A stretch of DNA of 64,000 nt from Bryobacterales bacterium (GTDB lineage Bacteria > Acidobacteriota > Terriglobia > Bryobacterales > UBA6623): positions 3,112,989 through 3,176,988 of the forward strand of contig OZ220485.1 of assembly GCA_965116065.1 (NCBI GenBank), in the 5' to 3' direction. This document shows positions 55,518-64,000 of the stretch, piece after piece. Both the position numbers and the translations under genes were made by a program. The number at the start of each line of letters is the position of its first letter. The stretch's first letter is position 1. The notes under the pieces are model-generated. The model had not been told where the DNA came from. It did not search any database and was given only the letters and a program-made list of their open reading frames with translations.

Positions 55518-57569
55518 GTAAACGTTCGAGTGGGCAGTGGAAGGCAGGCAGTGAGGAGGAGCGCCGGAGGCTGGCCAGCCGCTGCGGGCTGAGGGGTGGG
55601 CGGCCCACAGCGTCCTTGGCCGGGCCACCCGAGCGGCGGGCAGGTCGCCGGGGTCAGCCGGGCCGGAGCAGCGCCTGGCGGCGGTCCGGGGGCATGCCCC
55701 ACGGCAGCCACTCCTGCGGCTCCGGCACGGTCGCGCCCGGCCCCTGCCGGGCGCACTCGCCCAGGAAGGCCTCCAGCCAGCGCTCCAGATCGATGCCGGC
55801 CATGTCGAGCGTGCTGCACACCGACAGCAGCAGGCCCTGCAACTCCGCCCCGGTCGCACTGTGCGAACCGTGGCTGAGCTGGCGCCCGATCACGACCGGG
55901 CGCAGGGCCCGCTCGACACGGTTGTTGTCCATAGGCACGCACGGCTGCTGCACGCAGACCGACAGGCCCGTGCGATAGCGCAGCAGCGAAGTCAACGGTC
56001 CCAGGCGCGGGTCGCCCGCAACCGGGGCGCTCGCCGCCACGCTCTGCTGCTCGCTTTCGACGTACGCGAAGAACGCACTCATCGCGGTGGCGAACTGCTC
56101 CTGCAGCGCCTGCCACCGCGCCGACTGGTGCTCACCGTCCCGCTCGGGCTGCCAGTGCCGGTGCCGCTCGCGGTGCAGCCGGTACAACTCCCCGATGCGC
56201 CGCACGATTCCCTCCGCCCAGGTCCGCCAGGGCGGATGACGGTCGGCCAGGCGCACGAAATCGCGCCGGGCGTGGGCCCAGCAGATGGCCAACTCCAACT
56301 GGCCGGCGTGGTCCCGCGCCAGCTTGTCGTAGGCCGCATAGCGATCGCACACCAGCACCGCCCGCCCGCTCTGTCCCAGCGGCCCGAACAGGACCTTCGC
56401 TGCGGCCGCGCTGCGCGCCGGATCGACCCGGAAGCGCACCGCCTCGGACGTCAGGCAGGCCCACAGCCAGCAGCGCGGATTGTGCCCCTGCTCGCCCCGC
56501 GCCTGCACCCTCCACGACGTCTCGTCCCCATGTACCAGCAGCGCCTGCCGTTGCTGCACCCCGATGGCCTGCTCCAGCGGTGCGAACCAGTGCACGAAAT
56601 CCTGCTGATGCCCCAGCAGACTGCTCGCCGGCAGCGCCAGCCCCCGCTCGGCCCACTCCCGCTCGAAGGCCCGCACCGGCCGGCGTTGCCAGTACACCTG
56701 CAGCAGGAACTCCACCCACACGCTCAGACCGTAGCAGGTTCCCCGGAACAGCGTCGGCGGCAACCCCGCCTGCACCGTGGGCGCCTGCTGGCCGCGGGCC
56801 TGCGCGCACTCGCAGGCCGCCCGATAGCGGGGCCGCCGGATGCGCCGTCGGTAGCTGCGCACCTCCACCTCGACCCGCTCGCTGACCGCCACCCCGTGCC
56901 GCTGGAAGGGCCGCCCGCAGTCCCCGCACACCCGCCTCTCCGCCGGCAGGTCCCGCTCCTCGGTCCGCTCCTCCAACTCGGGCCGGGCCACCCGCGGATG
57001 GGCTTTCGCTCCCGGTTGCCCGCCCCGCGCCCGCCGGCCCGACCGCCCCGCCACCGCATCCGCCTCGCCCGCCTCTGGCTCCGGCGCCCGCTTCTCACTC
57101 CTCGCACCAAAGGCCGCCCGCAGCAGATCGGCCCGATTCGGCGGCTGTCCGGCCGCCGCCTGCCGCCACTCCGCCACCTGCTGCTGCAGCGCCTCCCGCT
57201 CCTGCTCCCCGACCACCGCCTGCCGCTGCAGTGCCGCGCACTCGGCCTGCGTCTGCACCAACTTCTTCCGCATCACACGGTGCTGCGCCTGCTCGGCCCG
57301 CAACCGCTCCCGCAGCCGCTCCCCGCGTTCCTTCGCCCGACCGTGCTGACTCTTCCAGTACCCCGCCTGCCGCTTCCACTCCCACCTCTCCGCCGACCGC
57401 TTCCGACACTCCCGCTCTCCTCCGCACCGCTCCACCGACTGCCTCTGCTCCGCCACCTGCCTGCGCCCGCACTGAAAACATATCATCCTTCCTGTGTTCT
57501 GTGCAACTCCTCGCCCTCCTTGCCGTCACCTGGCCCCGTCCTAGCCCCACTGCCCGCTCGAACGTTTAC
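55518..57569 (-). mobile_element. IS66-family insertion sequence, single-ORF type, 2052 bp
   Basis: The terminal inverted repeats are GTAAACGTTCGAGTGGGCAGTGG (from 55518) and CCACTGCCCGCTCGAACGTTTAC (ending 57569), with one mismatch. They are flanked by the perfect 8-bp direct repeat CCGGACGG (55510-55517 and 57570-57577). Confidence 0.9.
55654..57486 (-). CDS. IS66-family transposase (TnpC-like); no tnpA or tnpB present
   Basis: The 610-aa ORF has an N-terminal CFQCG zinc finger and a coiled coil. It also contains CGDCGRPF, HGDETSWRV, CDRYAAYDKL, CWAHARRDF and PMDNNRVERALRP. Confidence 0.9.
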   Translation of the reverse strand: MICFQCGRRQVAEQRQSVERCGGERECRKRSAERWEWKRQAGYWKSQHGRAKERGERLRERLRAEQAQHRVMRKKLVQTQAECAALQRQAVVGEQEREALQQQVAEWRQAAAGQPPNRADLLRAAFGARSEKRAPEPEAGEADAVAGRSGRRARGGQPGAKAHPRVARPELEERTEERDLPAERRVCGDCGRPFQRHGVAVSERVEVEVRSYRRRIRRPRYRAACECAQARGQQAPTVQAGLPPTLFRGTCYGLSVWVEFLLQVYWQRRPVRAFEREWAERGLALPASSLLGHQQDFVHWFAPLEQAIGVQQRQALLVHGDETSWRVQARGEQGHNPRCWLWACLTSEAVRFRVDPARSAAAAKVLFGPLGQSGRAVLVCDRYAAYDKLARDHAGQLELAICWAHARRDFVRLADRHPPWRTWAEGIVRRIGELYRLHRERHRHWQPERDGEHQSARWQALQEQFATAMSAFFAYVESEQQSVAASAPVAGDPRLGPLTSLLRYRTGLSVCVQQPCVPMDNNRVERALRPVVIGRQLSHGSHSATGAELQGLLLSVCSTLDMAGIDLERWLEAFLGECARQGPGATVPEPQEWLPWGMPPDRRQALLRPG

Positions 57570-57730
57570 CCGGACGGAGCCAACCCCAGACAAAATGATC
57601 GTACATCGCACTTAGCGTCCCACAGATCCTCGCTCACCCCGTGAACGGCGGAGATTCAGGGCAAGAACATGCCCATGTCAAGGGAGTTGATCAGTTATAC
57701 TCGTAACTGAGAATAAGCGGACCCATACCT

Positions 57731-59050
57731 TCACTTTACCATCCATCCGTTTTTCTTGTTCAATCTCCTGAGACCCGACAGTGTGTATATGTTGCTTTTG
57801 GCACGGTTACACGGGCCACAGAGCAAAATGCGATTCGAGATATGATTCAGCCCACCATCCGCCCGAGGCGTGTTGTGGTCGAGCTGCAGATAGCGCGAGT
57901 CATCGAACATTCTGTCACAACCTTGACATTTGGAGCCGTACTGATCTAATAAGAACTCGTACATATCAGATCGGCTCATTCGCTGCGAATCCGGTTCCCT
58001 GATGCGTTCACGTACTTGAAGAAAGGCCACAGTATTCGTGTCATTATCAGTGCGAATCGGCGGAATATTCTGGTAATGTACGTCGCCAAACGCCAGCATT
58101 TCTCCGCTGGTTCCATCCGCTGAAAGTCCCTCTTTTCGCAGTCGATCGAGAACCACCTCGTGTGCCCGATTCCAAATATCGATTCCAACCCATTGACGGC
58201 CTAGCCGCTCTGCGGCCACACAAGTCGTAGCACATCCGGCGAACGGGTCAAGCACGATGTCACCTTGGTTGCTGGAAGCCTTGATGATGCGCTCGTACAG
58301 GGCTATTGGTTTCTGCGTAGGGTAGCTCGTCGACTCATGTTGATTCCCTCGCAAGGCTGGGATATCCCAGTAGTCTCGCATGCCCACCATGGTGTAGGCA
58401 CCGATTTCGTCTTCGAGAATATTCACGTTCTTGAATCCGTATCGATGAGACAGATAGGACTTTTCGTGCAATTGATTGAATTGGTAGCGGTTCGATTTCG
58501 AATAAAACAACAATAAATCGTGCTTTCGACTGAACCAGCGTGTGCTTGTTCCGCCAGTCTTGTAACACCATACGATCTCGTTTCGGAACTGTTTACGCCC
58601 GAAAACTGCATCCATCAATTGCTTCAAATAGTGACTTGCAGTAGGGTCACAGTGCATGTATATCGAACCTGTTGGCTTTAGAATCCGTCGCATTTCCAGC
58701 AATCTGACTGCCATGAAGCAAAGAAACGCACCCATGTCGTCACCGTAGCTTGAACGGGATCCATTGACTACATTCATGACGTTCGGATAGTCATCCGTGA
58801 TCTGGTCTACCCAATTCTGGTGAACATCACGATCCCACGACCAGCGATCCTGAAACCGCGCACCTGCCGCAAGGCTATCGGGTGTGGCATGAAAATCGCG
58901 CCCTTTGTTGAATGGTGGATCGGTAGCGATAAGGTCCACAGATTCACTGCACATCCCGCGGAGAAATTTCAGATTGTCTCCATGAAACAGCGTGCGGTTT
59001 TCCCAATTGGAACCACCTGATGTACGTGTGTCTTTGCTTGGTTTGGCCAC
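57731..59050 (-). CDS. Beta-class N6A/N4C DNA amino-methyltransferase fused to a C-terminal HNH nuclease domain
   Basis: The 439-aa ORF has a GTG start. Motif IV (VDLIATDPPF) precedes motif I (IVLDPFAGCATT), which is the beta-class order. The C-terminal ~80 aa read CQGCDRMFDDSRYLQLDHNTPRADGGLNHISNRILLCGPCNRAKSN (CxxC...DH-N...N...CxxC-N HNH pattern). The gene is ~42-43% GC in three hand-counted lines, against ~67% in the flanking peptidase gene. Confidence 0.9.
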   Translation of the reverse strand: MAKPSKDTRTSGGSNWENRTLFHGDNLKFLRGMCSESVDLIATDPPFNKGRDFHATPDSLAAGARFQDRWSWDRDVHQNWVDQITDDYPNVMNVVNGSRSSYGDDMGAFLCFMAVRLLEMRRILKPTGSIYMHCDPTASHYLKQLMDAVFGRKQFRNEIVWCYKTGGTSTRWFSRKHDLLLFYSKSNRYQFNQLHEKSYLSHRYGFKNVNILEDEIGAYTMVGMRDYWDIPALRGNQHESTSYPTQKPIALYERIIKASSNQGDIVLDPFAGCATTCVAAERLGRQWVGIDIWNRAHEVVLDRLRKEGLSADGTSGEMLAFGDVHYQNIPPIRTDNDTNTVAFLQVRERIREPDSQRMSRSDMYEFLLDQYGSKCQGCDRMFDDSRYLQLDHNTPRADGGLNHISNRILLCGPCNRAKSNIYTLSGLRRLNKKNGWMVK

Positions 59051-59058
59051 GCAATGAC

Positions 59059-59087
59059 AGCATAGCGGATCTTCACAGTGGCGTCAA
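59059..59087 (-). promoter_or_regulatory. Sigma70-like promoter abutting the MTase-HNH start codon
   Basis: On the minus strand: TTGACG (59087-59082), a 17-nt spacer, TATGCT (59064-59059), then 8 nt to GTG 59050. No Shine-Dalgarno sequence lies in between. Confidence 0.35.
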
Positions 59088-59490
59088 TGCTGTCTTGAAA
59101 CGCACCTCCGATTCTCAATGTAGATGTTCGGTTCTGTCCATGCCGCTCAGATTCGCATCCCAGTGTCTTGCATTAGAGCATATCAATCGTCGTGCTTGAC
59201 GTCGCAACCTTGGCGGCCGGAGAGTGGAATGCCAAATTCCCGGTGGTCAGTGAGTCCGCCAGCCCCACTGACCGCTCCAGTCCACCCTGTTGGCGCCATT
59301 CATTCCCCGCCATTGCTGATCTTCATGTAGTTCGCTGTCAACGTACTTCGAGAGTACCTCATCAAGTTCCGCTACGCAGCGAAGCACTGCAGTTGGATCA
59401 ACGTGGCCGCGTGCAGTCCGACTTGCCTGACATGGTGGGCCCCGCAGGTCGCTGACTTCGGGGAAGCCGACCGCCAACCCGGTCTCCGGC

Positions 59491-60972
59491 TCAGTGCGGC
59501 CCGGGGCCGGAAGACTCAAGAGACGGTAGCCAATCCTCCCGGACACCGAGGAACTCGAGGTGTCGCACCAGGCCCTGGCGGTTCGCCCGTTCAAGCAGTT
59601 CGCCGTGCTCCAGACGGCTGCCGAACCGGTCCGCGCCGTCGGCAATGCCGAGCATCACTCCCGCGGCCACGACCGCCGACTCGATCACGTTTTCCACACG
59701 CACGTTGTCATAGGTGTCCGCGGCCGAGTGGTAAGTCCGATAGAACGCCGATGTGTCCTGCACACCAAACAGCGACGGCACGCCGTGCAGCATGAACGTG
59801 AAGTTGTCGCTGAAGAAGAACGGGTCGTCCGTGTGCCGCAACCGACCCGCTGGATCCACGGGATCAAGGATCCGTCGTAGCTCGGAAAGGAGTTCGCGAC
59901 GGCCCCCCACCGAGTATCCCGTGAGCTCCCCGTTGCCCATGTCATGAACGATGGTCGCGACATGATCGTCCATCTCGTCCCGGTATGCCGCAGCGTATGC
60001 CCTGGATCCGAACAGCCCGAACTCCTCGCCACCGAACAGAGCGAAGCGGAGCGTCCGCCGGGGTCGCACGCCGCCCTCGACGATGGACCGCGCCACGTGA
60101 AGGACCAGGGCGACATTGACGGCATTGTCCTGACATCCGGTCCCGATGTCCCAGGAATCGAGATGCGCCCCCAGAAGGACCACTTCGTCCGGCAGGTTGT
60201 CGCCGGGAATCTCGGCCAGCACATTCGCAGTGCTGTAGCTTCCCCTGATCCGGTTCGGCAGGCGGATACGGACCCGGACCCGTTCACCACCCTGCAGAGT
60301 TCGCACCAGTCGCAGGCCGTCCTCGCGAGCCACAACTGCAGACGGGATCGGATCAAGCCCGCCAGAGATGCTGTTGACGTGCCTGTACATCAGTCCATCG
60401 CGTCGGGTCGACACGAACAGCACGGCCAGCGCACCGGCCTGGGCAGCTTCCCGCAGGGCCACCACCGCATCCCGCTGTTCCACTCCGAGGTCTTCAAACG
60501 ACCCGACCTCGTCGAGCGTGATGATTGGAATCCTGTCCCGGAAGCGCTCGGGGGACCGGGCGATATGGCCTGGGTACCCTTTGCCACCGTCCACGAGTTC
60601 GGCCTCACGAGCTTCCGCCAGCGCGGGCGAGAGCCCGGATGACAAGGCCCGGACACGGTACTCGGACGGCTCAAGGACATTGATCGCGGTCTCACCCTCT
60701 TCCCATCGCAATGGCATGGGCACGGGCTCCAGACGAACGCTCTCGAGCCCTGCTTGGGCGAACGAGGTACGGGCCCACTCCAGGGCCCGGTCCATCGCAT
60801 CGGTGCCGGCCATCCTTGCCCCGATACCGTCGCACAGTGCCCGCACATCGGATTCGAGGCGCCCGGAAGCCCTCAGCGCAGCCGAAACCCGCTCCGCTTT
60901 GGTGGAGTCCGACGCGCCCGCGGCGACACCGAGGGAAAGGATCCATCCGGCTGCAAGACCCGCGAAGCGCAA
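59491..60972 (-). CDS. M28-family aminopeptidase, secreted
   Basis: The 493-aa ORF has the signal FAGLAAGWILSLGVAAGA. It contains VVLLGAHLDSWDIGTGCQDN and FALFGGEEFGLFGSRAY. Confidence 0.85.
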   Translation of the reverse strand: MRFAGLAAGWILSLGVAAGASDSTKAERVSAALRASGRLESDVRALCDGIGARMAGTDAMDRALEWARTSFAQAGLESVRLEPVPMPLRWEEGETAINVLEPSEYRVRALSSGLSPALAEAREAELVDGGKGYPGHIARSPERFRDRIPIITLDEVGSFEDLGVEQRDAVVALREAAQAGALAVLFVSTRRDGLMYRHVNSISGGLDPIPSAVVAREDGLRLVRTLQGGERVRVRIRLPNRIRGSYSTANVLAEIPGDNLPDEVVLLGAHLDSWDIGTGCQDNAVNVALVLHVARSIVEGGVRPRRTLRFALFGGEEFGLFGSRAYAAAYRDEMDDHVATIVHDMGNGELTGYSVGGRRELLSELRRILDPVDPAGRLRHTDDPFFFSDNFTFMLHGVPSLFGVQDTSAFYRTYHSAADTYDNVRVENVIESAVVAAGVMLGIADGADRFGSRLEHGELLERANRQGLVRHLEFLGVREDWLPSLESSGPGPH

Positions 60973-61028
60973 GAACCCGAAGCTACCACATATTCCCCAG
61001 ACGGCCGCACTGTAGTAGTCTGGTCCGC

Positions 61029-62339
61029 ATGGAACATCAAAGCCGGAGGCTGATCCTGAAAGGTGCTGCAGCGGCGGTAGCGACGCGCGCGCTCCCCATT
61101 CTGGGCGCCAATGATCGCGTGAACCTCGCCGTGGTCGGCACGGGCGGGAGGGGCCGCGGCCATCTGCAGTACTTCTCCGATGTTCCGGGCACGCGGATTG
61201 CCGCGATCTGCGACGTCAACCAGGAGGCTCGGGAACGTGCGGCGGCCATCGTCCGCAAGACACAGGGACACGACCCGACAGAGTACTCCGACATGCGAGC
61301 CCTGTTCGACGACGGCGAAGTGCAGGCCGTCTCCGTCGCCACACCCAACCACTGGCATGCACTGACGACGATCTGGGCGTGCCAGGCGGGCAAGGACGTG
61401 TATGTGGAGAAGCCTGCCAGCCACAACGTCTTCGAAGGTGAACAGATGATCGCGGCCGCCCGCACCCACAAGCGGATGGTCCAGGTGGGTTCGCAGAGCC
61501 GGTCGATCGGCCACAAGCGCGTGGCCATGCAGATGCTGCGAGAAGGCGCAATCGGGGAGGTCTACATGGCGCGGGGACTCTGCTTCCGCCGCCGGAAATC
61601 GATCAGCCGCACTCCCCGGGAACCGGTACCGCCAGGGCTCGACTGGGACCAGTTTCTGGGGCCGGCACCGATGCAACCGTACTCGAAGAACCGGTTCGCA
61701 TACAACTGGCACTGGTTCTGGGACACTGGCAACGGGGACATCGGCAATCAGGGCGTCCACGAGATGGACATCTGCAGGTGGGGGCTGGGCGAATACGGCA
61801 GACCGGATTCCGTCTCGTCCACCGGGGGCAAGTTCGTCTGGCAGGACGACCAGGAGACCCCGAACACGCAACAGGCCCACTTCCAGTTCAAGCGTTCGCA
61901 GGTCGTCTTTGATGTGCGCAATCTCTCCAGTCCCAACGAGGGCGGCACCCCCATCGCCGGCAGCAATTACACCGGCAACATCTTCTTCGGTGACCAGGGC
62001 TACATGGTGGTCGAACCGAGCGGGTTCCAGATCTACATGGGAGACGAGCGGGAGAAGACTCACGACGAGCAGCGGCACGAAGAGCGTGTCTGGGATCCGA
62101 CCCCGCACATGACGAACTTCATCGAGGCCGTCCGGTCACGGAACCAGTACGCTCTCAACGCCGACATCCGGATCGGTGCGGCCGCGGCGGAGCTCTGCCA
62201 CCTCGCCAACATCAGCTACCGCTGCCAGCAGCAGTTGCACATCGACTCGGAATCCGGATCGTTCGTCGGAAACGGGACGGCTAACGAAATGCTGACACGG
62301 CGCTATCGCCCGCCGTACGTCGTGCCGAAACACCTGTAG
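61029..62339 (+). CDS. Tat-exported Gfo/Idh/MocA-family oxidoreductase
   Basis: Within ORF 60711..62339 I prefer ATG 61029 (MEHQSRRLILKGAAAAVATRAL twin-arginine signal). It contains NLAVVGTGGRGRGH, VYVEKP and a C-terminal dimerisation-type region. Confidence 0.85.
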   Translation: MEHQSRRLILKGAAAAVATRALPILGANDRVNLAVVGTGGRGRGHLQYFSDVPGTRIAAICDVNQEARERAAAIVRKTQGHDPTEYSDMRALFDDGEVQAVSVATPNHWHALTTIWACQAGKDVYVEKPASHNVFEGEQMIAAARTHKRMVQVGSQSRSIGHKRVAMQMLREGAIGEVYMARGLCFRRRKSISRTPREPVPPGLDWDQFLGPAPMQPYSKNRFAYNWHWFWDTGNGDIGNQGVHEMDICRWGLGEYGRPDSVSSTGGKFVWQDDQETPNTQQAHFQFKRSQVVFDVRNLSSPNEGGTPIAGSNYTGNIFFGDQGYMVVEPSGFQIYMGDEREKTHDEQRHEERVWDPTPHMTNFIEAVRSRNQYALNADIRIGAAAAELCHLANISYRCQQQLHIDSESGSFVGNGTANEMLTRRYRPPYVVPKHL

Positions 62340-62423
62340 GCATTCCTCAGAACCGGGCAGACCCTCGTCATCAAAGGCCGGGCGCCCGGGGCGGACCAGT
62401 TCGGCACCCGCACGCCGTCCGAA

Positions 62424-62780
62424 TCAGAAGTAGCCCGTATGCCAGGCGGCCGCCAGACCGGCAATGCCGCCCAGCACGGGAAACACTGCGAAGACTGCAA
62501 GGGCCCGCCACCATCCGAACCGCCCCGGCCCCAATGCGAGGCCAGCTTGCACGACGCAGATCCCGGTCAAGGACCACCAGCCGATCATCCCGTCGTGGAG
62601 ACACCAGGGACAGTGAGGTGGTGCCGGAGCGTGGATGTTGCATGACGAGGAACCCCCCGCCCAAAGGGACTGACAGCCGCACCCGAAGATCAGATCACAG
62701 TAGTCGATGAACAGGACGCAGGTCACGACGAGAGCCAGTGCGAGGCAGGCGAGTCTGGGGAACAGTGGTCGGAACATCAT
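62424..62780 (-). CDS. Cys-rich small membrane protein (hypothetical)
   Basis: ORF 62424..62825, with ATG 62780 preferred. It has three or four TM helices, and the loop CDLIFGCGCQSLW...CNIHAPAPPHCPWCLH holds eight cysteines. Confidence 0.55.
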   Translation of the reverse strand: MMFRPLFPRLACLALALVVTCVLFIDYCDLIFGCGCQSLWAGGSSSCNIHAPAPPHCPWCLHDGMIGWWSLTGICVVQAGLALGPGRFGWWRALAVFAVFPVLGGIAGLAAAWHTGYF

Positions 62781-62841
62781 GACACCCTCGGAACTACGAT
62801 AGCCATCGCGGCGCCTGCACGCCACCGGAAGCAGTCGGCAC

Positions 62842-63678
62842 TCACCGGCCCTCCATGGCCTGCCTCAGGAATCCGGGTCGATCGGTCGTGATGCCGGCCA
62901 CCCCGAGGTCGCGCAGGCGGCGCCCCTCGGCTGGATCGTTGACCGTGTAGACATACACGGACTTGCCGACCGCTCCCAGTGCCTGCGTCAGTTCTTCGAC
63001 CCACGGACCGTCGTGGCGAAGATCCAGCCCGTCCAGGCCCGCCTCCTGCACTCTCTGCAGCAGATCGTCCGGACTCCGGATTCGATAGTGCTCCACCTCG
63101 CGTTCCGAGAACCCGTAGAGCCAGTAGGCGGGCCTGCCTGGCATCCGGCGCTTGGACTCCGCGATCGTGTCGTAGTCGAATGCGATGAGCATGACGCGGG
63201 TCCCGTCGGGCGCGTGTCGCAGAACCCTTTCAAGATCCGGCAGCACGGTCCGGGAACACTTGATCTCCACCACCAGTGTCCTGCCGGAAGGTACCGTGGC
63301 CAGCACTTCGTCAAGCGTCGGCATGCGGGTGCCTTGCCAGCGAGTGCCCTTCCACGCACCGACATCCAGTCGCCGCAGCGTCCTCAGCGACATTTCGGCG
63401 ACAAGCCCGGGCCGACCGGTCACGCGATCCGTACTCCTGTCATGAATGGCCACGATCCGTCCGTCGCGTGTCTGGTGAATGTCGATCTCGACGGCATCGG
63501 CACCACGCTCCCATCCAAGCCGGACAGCAGGAAGGGTGTTCTCCGGGGCATCGTACGATGCTCCGCGATGGGCGACGATCTCGACGCCGGTTGCCGTCCA
63601 CGGTACGAACAGGACCGCACACACCGCCCGCGGCGCTCTTTGGCGCCATCTGAGGGCCCAGGCTCCGAACCGGTCCAT
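62842..63678 (-). CDS. Glycerophosphodiester phosphodiesterase (GDPD) family
   Basis: The 278-aa ORF contains IVAHRGASYDAPENT, AVEIDIHQTRDGRIVAIHD, LVVEIK and YVYTVND. Confidence 0.85.
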   Translation of the reverse strand: MDRFGAWALRWRQRAPRAVCAVLFVPWTATGVEIVAHRGASYDAPENTLPAVRLGWERGADAVEIDIHQTRDGRIVAIHDRSTDRVTGRPGLVAEMSLRTLRRLDVGAWKGTRWQGTRMPTLDEVLATVPSGRTLVVEIKCSRTVLPDLERVLRHAPDGTRVMLIAFDYDTIAESKRRMPGRPAYWLYGFSEREVEHYRIRSPDDLLQRVQEAGLDGLDLRHDGPWVEELTQALGAVGKSVYVYTVNDPAEGRRLRDLGVAGITTDRPGFLRQAMEGR

Positions 63679-63718
63679 ACCCGGCCTATACTACAGGAAC
63701 TGAGGAATATCGACTGCG

Positions 63719-64000
63719 ATGCGCTATTGCACGAACTGCGGCGCCCGCATTGCTGGCGGACGGTACTGCGGGCAATGCGGTGCTCCAGTCGACTCTGCAT
63801 TCGGTGGCAGCGTACAGGGTGCCGGATTCGACATCGGGGACTTCCATCTGACGGACCGGCATCTGGGAGTCCTTGCGTACCTGACTCCGCTCCCGGCCAT
63901 CGTGTTCCTCTTGATCGATCCCTACCGGACCAGCCCATTTCTCCGCTTCCACAGCTGCCAGTGTCTGCTGCTGACAGCGGCCGCAGTCCTGATGGCGCTG
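63719..64000 (+). CDS. Zinc-ribbon plus DUF4870-like membrane protein, N-terminal part (runs off the window)
   Basis: An ATG at 63719 opens a frame that stays open to the window end. It reads MRYCTNCGARIAGGRYCGQCGAP and then HLGVLAYLTPLPAIVFLLID...FLRFHSCQCLLL. Confidence 0.6.
   Translation, partial: MRYCTNCGARIAGGRYCGQCGAPVDSAFGGSVQGAGFDIGDFHLTDRHLGVLAYLTPLPAIVFLLIDPYRTSPFLRFHSCQCLLLTAAAVLMAL

Noticed and set aside
55861-57615. 584-aa plus-strand ORF
   Set aside because: It is antisense to the IS66 transposase. The proline/arginine-rich translation has no motifs, so it is a GC-rich shadow ORF.
59247-59385. Possible 44-aa minus-strand ORF upstream of the MTase-HNH gene, a candidate controller protein
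   Set aside because: It has no helix-turn-helix-like sequence and no ribosome-binding site. The longer 132-aa version overlaps the peptidase gene, so support is insufficient.

Overview
This is a 64-kb high-GC bacterial chromosomal segment; the 60-nt lines I hand-counted in core genes were about 62-67% GC. The gene content suggests an Acidobacteriota-like Gram-negative, which is inference only. That content includes a large secreted HExxH protein with TIGR03437-type C-terminal Ig-like repeats, two formylglycine-type sulfatases, NHL and PQQ propellers, TonB and a POTRA protein. I call about 45 protein-coding genes, mostly housekeeping: ruvX, mltG, priA, serS, nadE, thiL, an acyl-CoA ligase, sugar-acid dehydratases, sulfatases, an SSS transporter and peptidases. 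I saw no rRNA, tRNA or CRISPR array by eye. Accessory patches: (1) At 1.5-8.1 kb there is a mobile-element nest. It holds two miniature derivatives of one IS family, an IS1634-like IS nested inside one of them, and a 253-bp IS1595-derived mini-element with an 8-bp TSD and a paralogous empty site. It also holds tandem Uma2 endonuclease genes (one decayed) and tandem DUF1640-like genes. (2) At 17.2-22.8 kb a caspase(C14)-repeat-ankyrin lipoprotein gene is bracketed by a third miniature element and the decayed full-length IS of the same family, with G-rich flanks and a G14 tract. (3) At 55.5-59.5 kb a single-ORF IS66-family element with a perfect 8-bp TSD lies next to a ~1.8-kb low-GC island (~42-43% GC in hand-counted lines). 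The island carries one gene, an amino-methyltransferase fused to a C-terminal HNH nuclease. (4) At 46.6-47.2 kb there is an orphan two-TM gene with SLATT-like architecture. The best candidates for an undescribed system are the MTase-HNH single-gene island and the IS-bracketed caspase-ankyrin cassette. All family assignments come from motif recognition by eye, because no searches could be run.
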